Below, one piece after another: positions 18,757 to 27,295 of a stretch of 64,000 nucleotides of DNA (its first letter is position 1; every line of letters begins with the position of its first letter). The notes under the pieces are model-generated. The model did not search any database. It was not told the origin of the DNA and saw nothing but the letters and a program-made list of their open reading frames with translations. The stretch comes from a candidate division WOR-3 bacterium (GTDB lineage Bacteria > Hydrothermota > Hydrothermia > LBFQ01 > DSFT01), in NCBI GenBank assembly GCA_025060695.1, contig JANXBH010000002.1, positions 82,996 to 146,995 of the forward strand, given 5' to 3'. The position numbers were made by a program, and so were the translations under genes.

Positions 18757-21008
18757 TAGTAGTATGGACCTAAATTAAAGTGAGTTTTAAATTCTTTGTA
18801 CTTTAAACTATATGCAAAATCAAATCCCATAATTCCTACTATCGGAACCTCTATTCTAAAACCTATACCAATTGCATCATAAAGGTTTCTAAAGTCTATA
18901 GTTTTAATTGCCCACCAGCTATTTCCTGTTTCGTAAAATAATGAGATATAAAATTGGTCAGCAGGTCTAATTCTTTCCTCAAATGTAAACCTAAAAAAGT
19001 GCTTTCCTCCAAGAACGCTTGCACCCACCCTTGTCCCGATTGACCTAAAATCATAACCCCTTAAGCCCAATGGTCCTACGTCTCCAAGTGCAAAATATTC
19101 ATATGGTGGAAGATCCTGCTTTGCCAATATTGAAAATATTGAACCCCAGTTTACTCTAAGAAATGATACTAACTTATCTTTGTAATTGGGAATTAGTATA
19201 ATTAGTTCGGGAATAAATTTTATATAATGCAAATTTCCACCAATTGGACCACCTGTAATAGTCCAAGGAAAACTAAATGAATATCCCTTTGAAGAATTAA
19301 ACACTCTGTCTCTTGTATCATAGCTAAAGGTTGTAGTTAGTGAGCTTGATAGAACCCTTGGATTTTTTGTCCAAAAATCATAAAATTGACTTCCTTCATA
19401 TAGTGGACTTATATCATAAACAGAAATGTACTCAAATGTATAGTCAAATTTTATTCTTGAAAATAAATTCCAAAGTCTTCTACCATAACTTATGGAAATC
19501 CCTGTATTTCTTTGATTAAAAGTAAAAAGATATCTATTTAGACTATAAATATTTATACCCACAAGAATAGGTTTTCCTCCGAACCAAGGTTCAGTAAACG
19601 AAATTTGAAAGTTTTGTCTTCTTGCTCCATACTCCGCTAAAAAACCAATAGTCCAGCCTCTTCCAAGAAAATTTGGCTGCTGTAAATTTACATTAAAAAA
19701 TAGTCCATCAAGCTGACTATAACTTGCACCTGCTCCAATTTGACCTGTAGGCTTTTCCTCAACTTTTATCTCTAAATCTACAAGACTAGAATCTTCTAAA
19801 ACTGGCTTAAAGTTTACTCCTATATTTGAAAAGTAGTTTAAATAGTAGAGATTTCTATAAGAAAGTAAGAGCAAGCTTCTATTAAAGTAGTCTCCAGGAA
19901 ATATATAAATTTCTCTTCTAATAATTTCATCCCAAGTTTTAGTATTTCCATATATATTTACAAGTCTAACTTTCACTTTCCAATTTTCCTTAATCTTAAA
20001 CTTCACATTAATTGTACTATCGTTTTTTTCTTCAATAGGTTCAACTTGTGCATATATATACCCGCTATCAGCATATAAACTACTTATATTATTTGAGCTT
20101 TCTAAAACTTTTGCCCTTGAATATAATTTAGAATTATACCAAATACCATAACCTAATCTATATCTAATTGAATTAAAGAAGTTTAGTGGCTTTTTAATAG
20201 TTATCGCATTTTCTAATTGACTATTTTTAAACTTACTGTTTCCTTCAAAATTAATACTACCAAAATAGTATTTTTTACCTTCATTTAGGAAAATTTTTAT
20301 TTTTACAAACTTTTCTTCATATTCAAACTTAAATGAATCCACTTTAAAGTCAGCAAAACCACTATTTTTATAAAAATCTTCTAATGTTATTAAGTCTTTA
20401 TCAAATTTTTCCTGCGAGAAATAGCCTCCCCTTAATATCTTTCTAATAAAATTAACCTCCTTATTTGATAGTAAATTCTTCAAGAGCCTATCAGAAAAAC
20501 TTCTATTTCCGTAAAATTCAATCTTTGATATTCTATACTTTTGTCCTACATTACCAGAGATTATTAATTCTACTTTTGAATTATCTATAAATTTTTCTCT
20601 GATTTCTATCTTTGGATTCACATAACCCTTAGTAATGTAAAATTTTTCTATTAACTTAGAAATTTTATATTTATTGTAATTACTTGCTGGAAGACCTTTA
20701 TAAAATGATATTGAATCTTCAAATTCTTTTGAAACTTTCTTAATTTCCCACTTAAAGCCATTTATTGTAGGATAGTCTGAAACTTTAAATATTAAATCAA
20801 GTGTATCCTTTTTAAACTTACCATATACTTCAAAACTATCCAAGAAACCCTTTTCATATACGTCATATAAATAGTTTCTAAAGAATGGTTCTTGAAATGG
20901 CATATTTTCCTTTAAGAGCAAATTGTAAAGAAAGCTACTTTTTGAACGATATTTTAACCCTTGAACTTCAATTTTCCCTATAAACTGACCTAAAATGATT
21001 ATTAGCAA
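18756..21008 (-). CDS. bamA: outer membrane protein assembly factor BamA (Omp85)
   Basis: 750 aa with POTRA-like repeats and a C-terminal aromatic-rich beta-barrel. Confidence 0.8.
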   Translation of the reverse strand: MLIIILGQFIGKIEVQGLKYRSKSSFLYNLLLKENMPFQEPFFRNYLYDVYEKGFLDSFEVYGKFKKDTLDLIFKVSDYPTINGFKWEIKKVSKEFEDSISFYKGLPASNYNKYKISKLIEKFYITKGYVNPKIEIREKFIDNSKVELIISGNVGQKYRISKIEFYGNRSFSDRLLKNLLSNKEVNFIRKILRGGYFSQEKFDKDLITLEDFYKNSGFADFKVDSFKFEYEEKFVKIKIFLNEGKKYYFGSINFEGNSKFKNSQLENAITIKKPLNFFNSIRYRLGYGIWYNSKLYSRAKVLESSNNISSLYADSGYIYAQVEPIEEKNDSTINVKFKIKENWKVKVRLVNIYGNTKTWDEIIRREIYIFPGDYFNRSLLLLSYRNLYYLNYFSNIGVNFKPVLEDSSLVDLEIKVEEKPTGQIGAGASYSQLDGLFFNVNLQQPNFLGRGWTIGFLAEYGARRQNFQISFTEPWFGGKPILVGINIYSLNRYLFTFNQRNTGISISYGRRLWNLFSRIKFDYTFEYISVYDISPLYEGSQFYDFWTKNPRVLSSSLTTTFSYDTRDRVFNSSKGYSFSFPWTITGGPIGGNLHYIKFIPELIILIPNYKDKLVSFLRVNWGSIFSILAKQDLPPYEYFALGDVGPLGLRGYDFRSIGTRVGASVLGGKHFFRFTFEERIRPADQFYISLFYETGNSWWAIKTIDFRNLYDAIGIGFRIEVPIVGIMGFDFAYSLKYKEFKTHFNLGPYY

Positions 21009-21013
21009 GTAAT

Positions 21014-21038
21014 AAAATTTTAAACTTTAAAATTTTAG
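21014..21038. promoter_or_regulatory. two overlapping copies of the palindromic element between divergent bamA and sod
   Basis: AAAATTTTAAACTTTAAAATTTTAG; each half-site sits 5-6 nt from its gene's start codon. Confidence 0.5.
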
Positions 21039-21040
21039 AC

Positions 21041-21754
21041 TTGAAAAGAAGAGAATTTTTAAAGATTATAGCTATAAGTAGTCTTTTAACCTTAATAAAA
21101 GTAAATACTTTAGAAGCAAAAAAAGGAGGTAAGAAGATGCCATTTACAGAATATAAAGCTAAGAACTATAAGGAAATAAGACCTCAACTTTGGAACATGG
21201 ATGGTATATCTCAAAAGACTATGGACGAACATATAAAACTATACGAAGGGTATGTTTCAAAATACAATGAAGCTATGAAACTCTTAGAAAATCTTAGTGA
21301 TGATGATTATACAAAGGCAAACCCTACTTATTCTACAATCAGAAGTATAAAGGTAGATATTACAAGAGCCATTGGTGGAATAAAAAATCACGAGCTATAT
21401 TTTGAACACTTAGGAGGAAAAGGCGGAAAACCAGAAGGAAAACTTCTTGAACAAATTGAAAAAGACTTTGGTAATTATGAAAGATTTTTAAAAGAATTGA
21501 GAGCTACTGCAATGGCAGCAAGAGGATGGGCATGGGTTTCATATGACCATAACTTTAAAAGGCTATTTATAGCTATAGGTGATGAGCAAAATACTTTTCC
21601 AATTTGGAACTCTACACCTATTTTAGGTATAGATGTATTTGAACATGCATATTTTATAGACTATGGAACTGCAAGGGCAAAGTATTTAGATGCATTCTTT
21701 CAAAATCTTGACTGGAAAGCTGTAGAAAAAAACTTTGAGAGCTTAAAGATATAA
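21041..21754 (+). CDS. sod: Fe/Mn superoxide dismutase with Tat-type signal peptide (alternative cytoplasmic start at about 21137)
   Basis: 'DVFEHAYFIDY' and 'GWAWV' (SOD). The TTG-start extension encodes 'KRREFLKIIAISSLL...LEA', a twin-arginine-like leader. An internal AAGGAGGT plus ATG lies at about 21137. Confidence 0.75.
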   Translation: MKRREFLKIIAISSLLTLIKVNTLEAKKGGKKMPFTEYKAKNYKEIRPQLWNMDGISQKTMDEHIKLYEGYVSKYNEAMKLLENLSDDDYTKANPTYSTIRSIKVDITRAIGGIKNHELYFEHLGGKGGKPEGKLLEQIEKDFGNYERFLKELRATAMAARGWAWVSYDHNFKRLFIAIGDEQNTFPIWNSTPILGIDVFEHAYFIDYGTARAKYLDAFFQNLDWKAVEKNFESLKI

Positions 21755-21758
21755 AAAC

Positions 21759-22106
21759 ATGGCAAAATCAACTAATCATAAATTTGAAGAGAAATTATTA
21801 CTTCAAGAGGTTATAAAAATAGAAACTGAAAAAGCAAGTAAGATTATAGAAGACGCAAATAAAAAAGCACAGGAAATTATAAATAGGGCACACTTGGAAG
21901 CACAAAATATAATAGAGGAAGCTCATAAAGATGCACAACTTGAAGCAAGTTTAATAGTAGAAAAAGCACTTAATGAAATTCAAAAAAAGTCAGAAGAGAT
22001 AAAGAGAAAGGGAATAGAAGAGATAGATTTATTTAAGAAAAAGGCAGAAAGTTCTATAGAAAGAGTTAGGAAATTAGCAATAGACTTAATTCTCGGAAAC
22101 TATTAG
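21759..22106 (+). CDS. coiled-coil hypothetical protein
   Basis: charged heptad-like sequence; first gene of a tightly coupled operon. Confidence 0.3.
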   Translation: MAKSTNHKFEEKLLLQEVIKIETEKASKIIEDANKKAQEIINRAHLEAQNIIEEAHKDAQLEASLIVEKALNEIQKKSEEIKRKGIEEIDLFKKKAESSIERVRKLAIDLILGNY

Positions 22107-23633
22107 ATGATAAGAGGTATTTATATTATTGGGCTTCCGGGTTCACATAGAAAATCTATATCTGAATATTTAAAAAACTGGCTTGATTGGAAAATTATAG
22201 ATTTACAAGAAGAAGTTGAAAGAAAACTTCACAAGACAATAATTGAAGTTATACAAGAAAACAAACTAAAGGAATTTGAAGAAGAACAGGAAAGGTTAAT
22301 GCTTGGCAATATATTTGCAGGTGAAATATTTATTTCCTCTGATATAATACCAAAACCGGAAATTATAGAAAAACTTAAAAATAATGGGATAATACCTATA
22401 TATTTAAGCTACTCCAGACAATCGCTTGAAAGAGAACTTGAAAAAAGTCAAGAACCACATACAATACTTAGAATACATCCATACGAGGATTATGAAAAGG
22501 AAATAGAATTAGCAAGTGAACTTCTAATTAAAGTTCCTACAGAAGGCTTTTCGGACAAAGAAATCGCACTAATGATAGTTAGAAGCCTTAAAGGTGAATA
22601 TGACCTTATTTTTAGCAATAATGATAAAGTATATAGTGGTATCAATTCCTTTCATTATATAGAAGAAATACTTGATTATGAAGGATTTATTAATGCACTA
22701 TTTATTACTTATAAAAGACACTTTCTTATAAACTTTAAGTGGGTATTTGATGTAATAAAAAAGTCAAGTTTTGAACCATATGTATTTTTTATTCCTGAAA
22801 AAGAAGAAATAAAAGAATTAGAATTTGTTAAGAAGATATGGCATGAAATTATAAATTTAAAGATAAGAAAGAATACCGCAATTGTTGGTATGGGTGGGGG
22901 AAGTTGTCTTGACTTGGTAGGATTTTCAGCATCAACATTTAGAAGAGGTTTTCCATTTGTTTCAATTCCAACAACATTTATATCTCAAATAGATGCAAGT
23001 ATTGGTGGGAGAAATTCGCTACACTATATAGGAAATAAAAATATACTTGGGACAATTTACTATCCAAGATTCATTCTAATTGACCCTGTTTTCATATTAA
23101 GCTATGACGATACTAAATTTTTATATTCATTAAGCGATGCGGTTAGATATGGACTTCTTTTTGATGAAAGCATATTAGATTTTCTTGAAAGAGAGGCAAA
23201 TAAGATAAAATTAAAGTACTTACCTACAATTGACAGTCTCGTAAGAAAATGTGCTCTTCATAAGCTAAACGTATCTTATTTAGATCCTTATGGTTGGTCT
23301 CAGCTTAGACCATTAGAATTCGGAAATACAATAGCTTACTTAATACAAGAAACATTACACTTAGACTATCAAAGAGCATTGACAAAAAGCATTTATTTAA
23401 TTTTAAAATTCCTATCAAGTCAAAATATACTAAAAGATAAGAAAATTTTTGAAAAGGTTATAGGTATATTTGATAATTATGGACTAGAATATAAGCTTGA
23501 AAATGGCGATATAGAAAAACTTTACAAAAAGTGCAATTTAGATGAAATTGAGATTTTTGGAATTGAGACTTATAAGTCTCCAATTCCACTAAGAATAAAT
23601 AAAGATGATTTCTTTAGAAGTTTAGAAAGTTGA
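22107..23633 (+). CDS. fusion of a degenerate shikimate-kinase-like domain and a 3-dehydroquinate-synthase-like domain (probable pseudoenzyme)
   Basis: The C-terminal half contains 'GMGGGSCLDLVGFSASTFRRGFPFVSIPTTFISQIDASIGG' (DHQS glycine-rich NAD site), but 'GGRN' replaces GGKT and 'GNTIAY' replaces the metal-binding His motif. The N-terminal 'GLPGSHRKS' is a broken Walker A. Confidence 0.5.
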   Translation: MIRGIYIIGLPGSHRKSISEYLKNWLDWKIIDLQEEVERKLHKTIIEVIQENKLKEFEEEQERLMLGNIFAGEIFISSDIIPKPEIIEKLKNNGIIPIYLSYSRQSLERELEKSQEPHTILRIHPYEDYEKEIELASELLIKVPTEGFSDKEIALMIVRSLKGEYDLIFSNNDKVYSGINSFHYIEEILDYEGFINALFITYKRHFLINFKWVFDVIKKSSFEPYVFFIPEKEEIKELEFVKKIWHEIINLKIRKNTAIVGMGGGSCLDLVGFSASTFRRGFPFVSIPTTFISQIDASIGGRNSLHYIGNKNILGTIYYPRFILIDPVFILSYDDTKFLYSLSDAVRYGLLFDESILDFLEREANKIKLKYLPTIDSLVRKCALHKLNVSYLDPYGWSQLRPLEFGNTIAYLIQETLHLDYQRALTKSIYLILKFLSSQNILKDKKIFEKVIGIFDNYGLEYKLENGDIEKLYKKCNLDEIEIFGIETYKSPIPLRINKDDFFRSLES

Positions 23634-24637
23634 ATATGTTGCTTTTTATAATTAATCTTGAAGAGATTAAAATAATGGCAGTTGGTGATATTATGCTTGG
23701 CTCACCATATCCAAATGCATCAAGAATGCCACCAAATGATGGAAAGGACTTACTTAAACCCGCATATAGTATATTTTCAAAGGGAGATATAGTTTTTGGA
23801 AATCTTGAGGGTCCGTTTTATGATAGTGGTTCTTCTGTTAAGTGTTCAGATGAAAGTGCAAGAGCTTTAAGATGCTTTGCATTTAGAATGCCTTCAAGAT
23901 ATGCAATATATTTAAAAGAAGCAGGATTTAACATATTAAGTCTTGCAAATAATCATATTATGGATTTTGGAATGGAAGGGGTAAGACATACTCAAAGATT
24001 ACTTGATAGTTTGGGTATTAATTATTGTGGTATAGGAAAGGAAATGAAAGTTATGAAAGTAAAAGACTTAAAAATAGGGTTTTTATGCTTTAATCATAAT
24101 CCTATATCTTTAAACATAAATGATATTGAAGGTGCAAGAAAAGTTGTAAGAGAAAATAGAGATAAGGTAGATATTTTAATTGTTTCTTTTCACGGTGGTG
24201 CGGAAGGTTCATCAAGACAAAGAGTTCCATATGAAACTGAATATTTCTACGGTGAAAAAAGAGGGAATTTAAGAGTATTTTCAAGAGCGGTAATTGATGA
24301 AGGTGCTGACTTAGTTATTGGTCATGGTCCGCATGTTTTAAGAGGAATGGAAATTTACAAAGATAGACTAATTGCATATTCACTTGGGAACTTTTTGACT
24401 TATGGATGGTTTAACTTATCTGGTCCTCAGTCCATAACTGCAATACTTGAAGTAAAAGTAGATAAACACGGTAAATTTTTAGAAGGTAAAATATATCCTT
24501 TTAAGCTTGAGGGGTTAGGAATATTAAAAGAAGATAATACGAACAGTGCAATAAAAATTATAAAACAACTATCAGAATTAGATTTCAAAGATACCTATCC
24601 TAATATTTTTGAAGATGGGACAATCAAGCCAAGGTAA
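23630..24637 (+). CDS. CapA/PgsA-family metallophosphatase
   Basis: 'MAVGDIMLG', 'GNLEGP', 'ANNHIMDFG' and 'SFHGG'. Confidence 0.7.
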   Translation: MNMLLFIINLEEIKIMAVGDIMLGSPYPNASRMPPNDGKDLLKPAYSIFSKGDIVFGNLEGPFYDSGSSVKCSDESARALRCFAFRMPSRYAIYLKEAGFNILSLANNHIMDFGMEGVRHTQRLLDSLGINYCGIGKEMKVMKVKDLKIGFLCFNHNPISLNINDIEGARKVVRENRDKVDILIVSFHGGAEGSSRQRVPYETEYFYGEKRGNLRVFSRAVIDEGADLVIGHGPHVLRGMEIYKDRLIAYSLGNFLTYGWFNLSGPQSITAILEVKVDKHGKFLEGKIYPFKLEGLGILKEDNTNSAIKIIKQLSELDFKDTYPNIFEDGTIKPR

Positions 24638-25283
24638 AAACATTGAAAAAATATTAAGTATTTTAAAAAAGGAATATAAAAATTGGGATGAAAATGTAGC
24701 AACGGTAAAACAAATGATAAAAGTACATAACTTTGAACCATTTAAAAGCCTAATTATGGCAATTATTTCAACTCAAACAAAAGATAGTATAACTTCCAAG
24801 GTGTCCGAAAAACTATTTCAAATTGCAAACAGTCCAAAAGAAATTTTAAAAATTCCTGATAAGGAATTAGAAAATACTTTAAAATCTGTTTCATTTTACA
24901 AAAGAAAAGCGAAGTATATAAAAGACACTTGTAGAATTATCATAGAAGAATACAAAAACAAAATACCCTCTAATTTTGACAAGCTAATAAAATTACCGGG
25001 TGTAGGAAGAAAAGTTGCAAATGTATTTCTATCGCATGTATATAAGAAAGATGTTATAGCTGTTGATACACATGTCCATAGAATATCAAATAGATTAAAA
25101 TGGGTAAATACAAAAAATCCTAACCAAACCGAAAAAGAGTTATATAAAGTAGTGCCAAAGCGTCTATGGAGAGATATAAATTTATATCTTGTAGCATTTG
25201 GACAAGCAATATGTTCATATAAACCAAAGTGTAGCATTTGTCCTATATATGAACTTTGTCCCTATGAAAATAAAAGACTTTAA
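24609..25283 (+). CDS. nth: endonuclease III-family HhH-GPD DNA glycosylase
   Basis: 'LPGVGRKVANVFL' HhH-GPD motif; C-terminal Cys cluster 'CSYKPKCSICPIYELC'. Confidence 0.7.
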   Translation: MKMGQSSQGKNIEKILSILKKEYKNWDENVATVKQMIKVHNFEPFKSLIMAIISTQTKDSITSKVSEKLFQIANSPKEILKIPDKELENTLKSVSFYKRKAKYIKDTCRIIIEEYKNKIPSNFDKLIKLPGVGRKVANVFLSHVYKKDVIAVDTHVHRISNRLKWVNTKNPNQTEKELYKVVPKRLWRDINLYLVAFGQAICSYKPKCSICPIYELCPYENKRL

Positions 25284-25294
25284 AATTTTTCTCT

Positions 25295-26017
25295 TTGGAT
25301 ATACTAAAAGCACAAGGACTCGTTAAAAAATATGGAAAGAGAACAGTAGTAAAAGGTATTAATATTGAAGTTTGTACAGGTGAAGTAGTAGCACTTCTTG
25401 GACCAAATGGTGCAGGAAAAACAACAACATTCTATATGATTATGGGAGCAATAAAACCAAACAAAGGGAAGGTATTTCTCGACGATAAAGAAATTACGAG
25501 ACTTCCAATGTACAAAAGAGCAAGACTTGGTATAGGTTATTTACCACAAGAAGCATCTATTTTTAGAAATCTTAAAGTATGGGATAATGTATATAGCGTC
25601 CTTGAAATGAAGAAAATGAAAAAAATAGAAAGAATAGAAAAGACCAAAAAGCTTTTAGAAATGTTGAATGTTTTAAAAGTAAAAGATAATAAGGGTTACC
25701 AGCTTTCGGGTGGTGAAAGAAGAAGAGTTGAAATAGCAAGAGCACTTGCATTAGACCCGAAGTTCTTACTATTAGATGAACCTTTTACAGGAATTGACCC
25801 AAAAACAAGAGAAGAAATACAAGATATCATAATTCAGTTAAAGAATATTGGAATTGGTATTTTAATTACAGACCATAACGTAAGGGAAACACTTGAAATT
25901 ACCGATAGGGCTTATATTATATACGATGGAGAGATTTTGATTGAGGGAACATCTAAGGAATTAATAGAAAATCCAAGAGTTAGAGAGCTATATATTGGTT
26001 GGAGATTTAAAATTTAG
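25295..26017 (+). CDS. lptB: LPS export ABC transporter ATP-binding protein
   Basis: 'GPNGAGKTT', 'LSGGERRRVEIAR' and 'LLLDEPF'; 240 aa. Confidence 0.8.
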   Translation: MDILKAQGLVKKYGKRTVVKGINIEVCTGEVVALLGPNGAGKTTTFYMIMGAIKPNKGKVFLDDKEITRLPMYKRARLGIGYLPQEASIFRNLKVWDNVYSVLEMKKMKKIERIEKTKKLLEMLNVLKVKDNKGYQLSGGERRRVEIARALALDPKFLLLDEPFTGIDPKTREEIQDIIIQLKNIGIGILITDHNVRETLEITDRAYIIYDGEILIEGTSKELIENPRVRELYIGWRFKI

Positions 26018-26022
26018 TATAG

Positions 26023-26559
26023 GTGGTATTTGGTATATTGTCTGTTATTATAGGTTCGGTTTTAGGAATTTATTCTATTTATTTAATGAGAGTAAAAAAT
26101 GATATAGTTCTTCCTTCAATACTGATAGTTTTTGTGCACTTTGCTATGATTTTGGGTATATTTCTTATTACAAAGAATATAGGACTTGGCTTTGTAGCAA
26201 TGATATTTTATAATATTCTCTTCGTTTCTGAAATTATCATCTATATTATTAGAAATAAGGATACAAGTGCGAAAATTGAGAAACTTAAAAGTGATGTAAA
26301 TGAGGAAATCAAGTTTTGGGAAAGTGTGTTTTTAGAAAATCACAGATTTGTAGACGATGAGGAATGTTTCCATCATTTGTTAAGAGTTAATAAACTCGTA
26401 GAAAGAGCAAGAGAACTTAATTTAATTGAAATAGTAAATCCGCTTCTAAATTTTATTGCAAAAAATAAGGACTATTTTAAAAACTATGGAGTATCAAGAA
26501 TTTCAGAAAATGCTAATATAGATAGAAATAGCTGGTGGCTATATGTAGATAAGATGTAA
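26023..26559 (+). CDS. hypothetical membrane protein
   Basis: three predicted TM segments at the N-terminus. Confidence 0.3.
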   Translation: MVFGILSVIIGSVLGIYSIYLMRVKNDIVLPSILIVFVHFAMILGIFLITKNIGLGFVAMIFYNILFVSEIIIYIIRNKDTSAKIEKLKSDVNEEIKFWESVFLENHRFVDDEECFHHLLRVNKLVERARELNLIEIVNPLLNFIAKNKDYFKNYGVSRISENANIDRNSWWLYVDKM

Positions 26560-26589
26560 GAATAATAATAGCATAACTATACTTTAGTG

Positions 26590-26601
26590 CTTTAAAATTT
26601 T
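26590..26601 (+). promoter_or_regulatory. CTTTAAAATTTT element 6 nt upstream of the ferredoxin ATG
   Basis: exact 12-mer with no SD between motif and ATG (leaderless-type configuration). Confidence 0.5.
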
Positions 26602-26607
26602 ATTACT

Positions 26608-26901
26608 ATGGCATACGTAATAACACAACCCTGCATAGGAACGAAGAGTGGAGAGTGTGTCCAAGTTTGTCCAGTAGACGCTATCCATCCAAGAAGAGAT
26701 GAAAATTGGGATGAAACTACACAGCTATATATAGACCCAAATACCTGTATAGAGTGTGGAGCTTGTGCTTCAGTATGCCCAGTAAGTGCAATATACCAAG
26801 AAAATGACGTTCCGGAAGAATGGAAACACTTCATAGAGAAAAATGCAGACTACTATAGAATGGATAAAGAAAGCTTTAAGGCTAAATGGAATTCACTATA
26901 A
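26608..26901 (+). CDS. fdxA: 7Fe-type ferredoxin
   Basis: 'CIGTKSGECVQVCPVD' and 'CIECGACASVCP'. Confidence 0.8.
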   Translation: MAYVITQPCIGTKSGECVQVCPVDAIHPRRDENWDETTQLYIDPNTCIECGACASVCPVSAIYQENDVPEEWKHFIEKNADYYRMDKESFKAKWNSL

Positions 26902-26919
26902 AAACTTGGGGGTTATGCT

Positions 26920-27243
26920 ATGTTTCAGGTTAAGTCTGAGGAAAAAGAAGTTTACATAAGAAAGTTATCACTTGAAAAAAAAGTCTCAAATGATGACTCT
27001 TCTACATATGAAATTGATTATACTATAAATCTTCTCTTTGCTCCTACTCGTTTTATAAAACCTGAAACCTATGATCCTGAAGGTGATGTAGGAAAATCTT
27101 TTACTGCCCGTCCTTTCCATTTTTCGAATACTTTGGTTGATATAAATTTGGTACGAGCAATAACGAAAGTTCTATCACAAAATGTGGAACACAGATTTTC
27201 CTCTGTTAAAAAAGATGATAAACCAAGAATAATTTTGTTTTAA
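26920..27243 (+). CDS. hypothetical protein
   Basis: ORF with an upstream GGGGG SD-like element; no recognisable motif. Confidence 0.3.
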   Translation: MFQVKSEEKEVYIRKLSLEKKVSNDDSSTYEIDYTINLLFAPTRFIKPETYDPEGDVGKSFTARPFHFSNTLVDINLVRAITKVLSQNVEHRFSSVKKDDKPRIILF

Positions 27244-27295
27244 AGATTTTAAATTTACTAATACTTTATTGTTATAAAACTTTGCTGAAGGCTAA

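Noticed and set aside
21115-21140. Internal AAGGAGGT plus ATG within sod as proof that the Tat leader is spurious
   Set aside because: Not rejected outright, but the upstream 'KRREFLK...' leader matches the Tat consensus too closely to dismiss. Both starts are retained as alternatives in the findings
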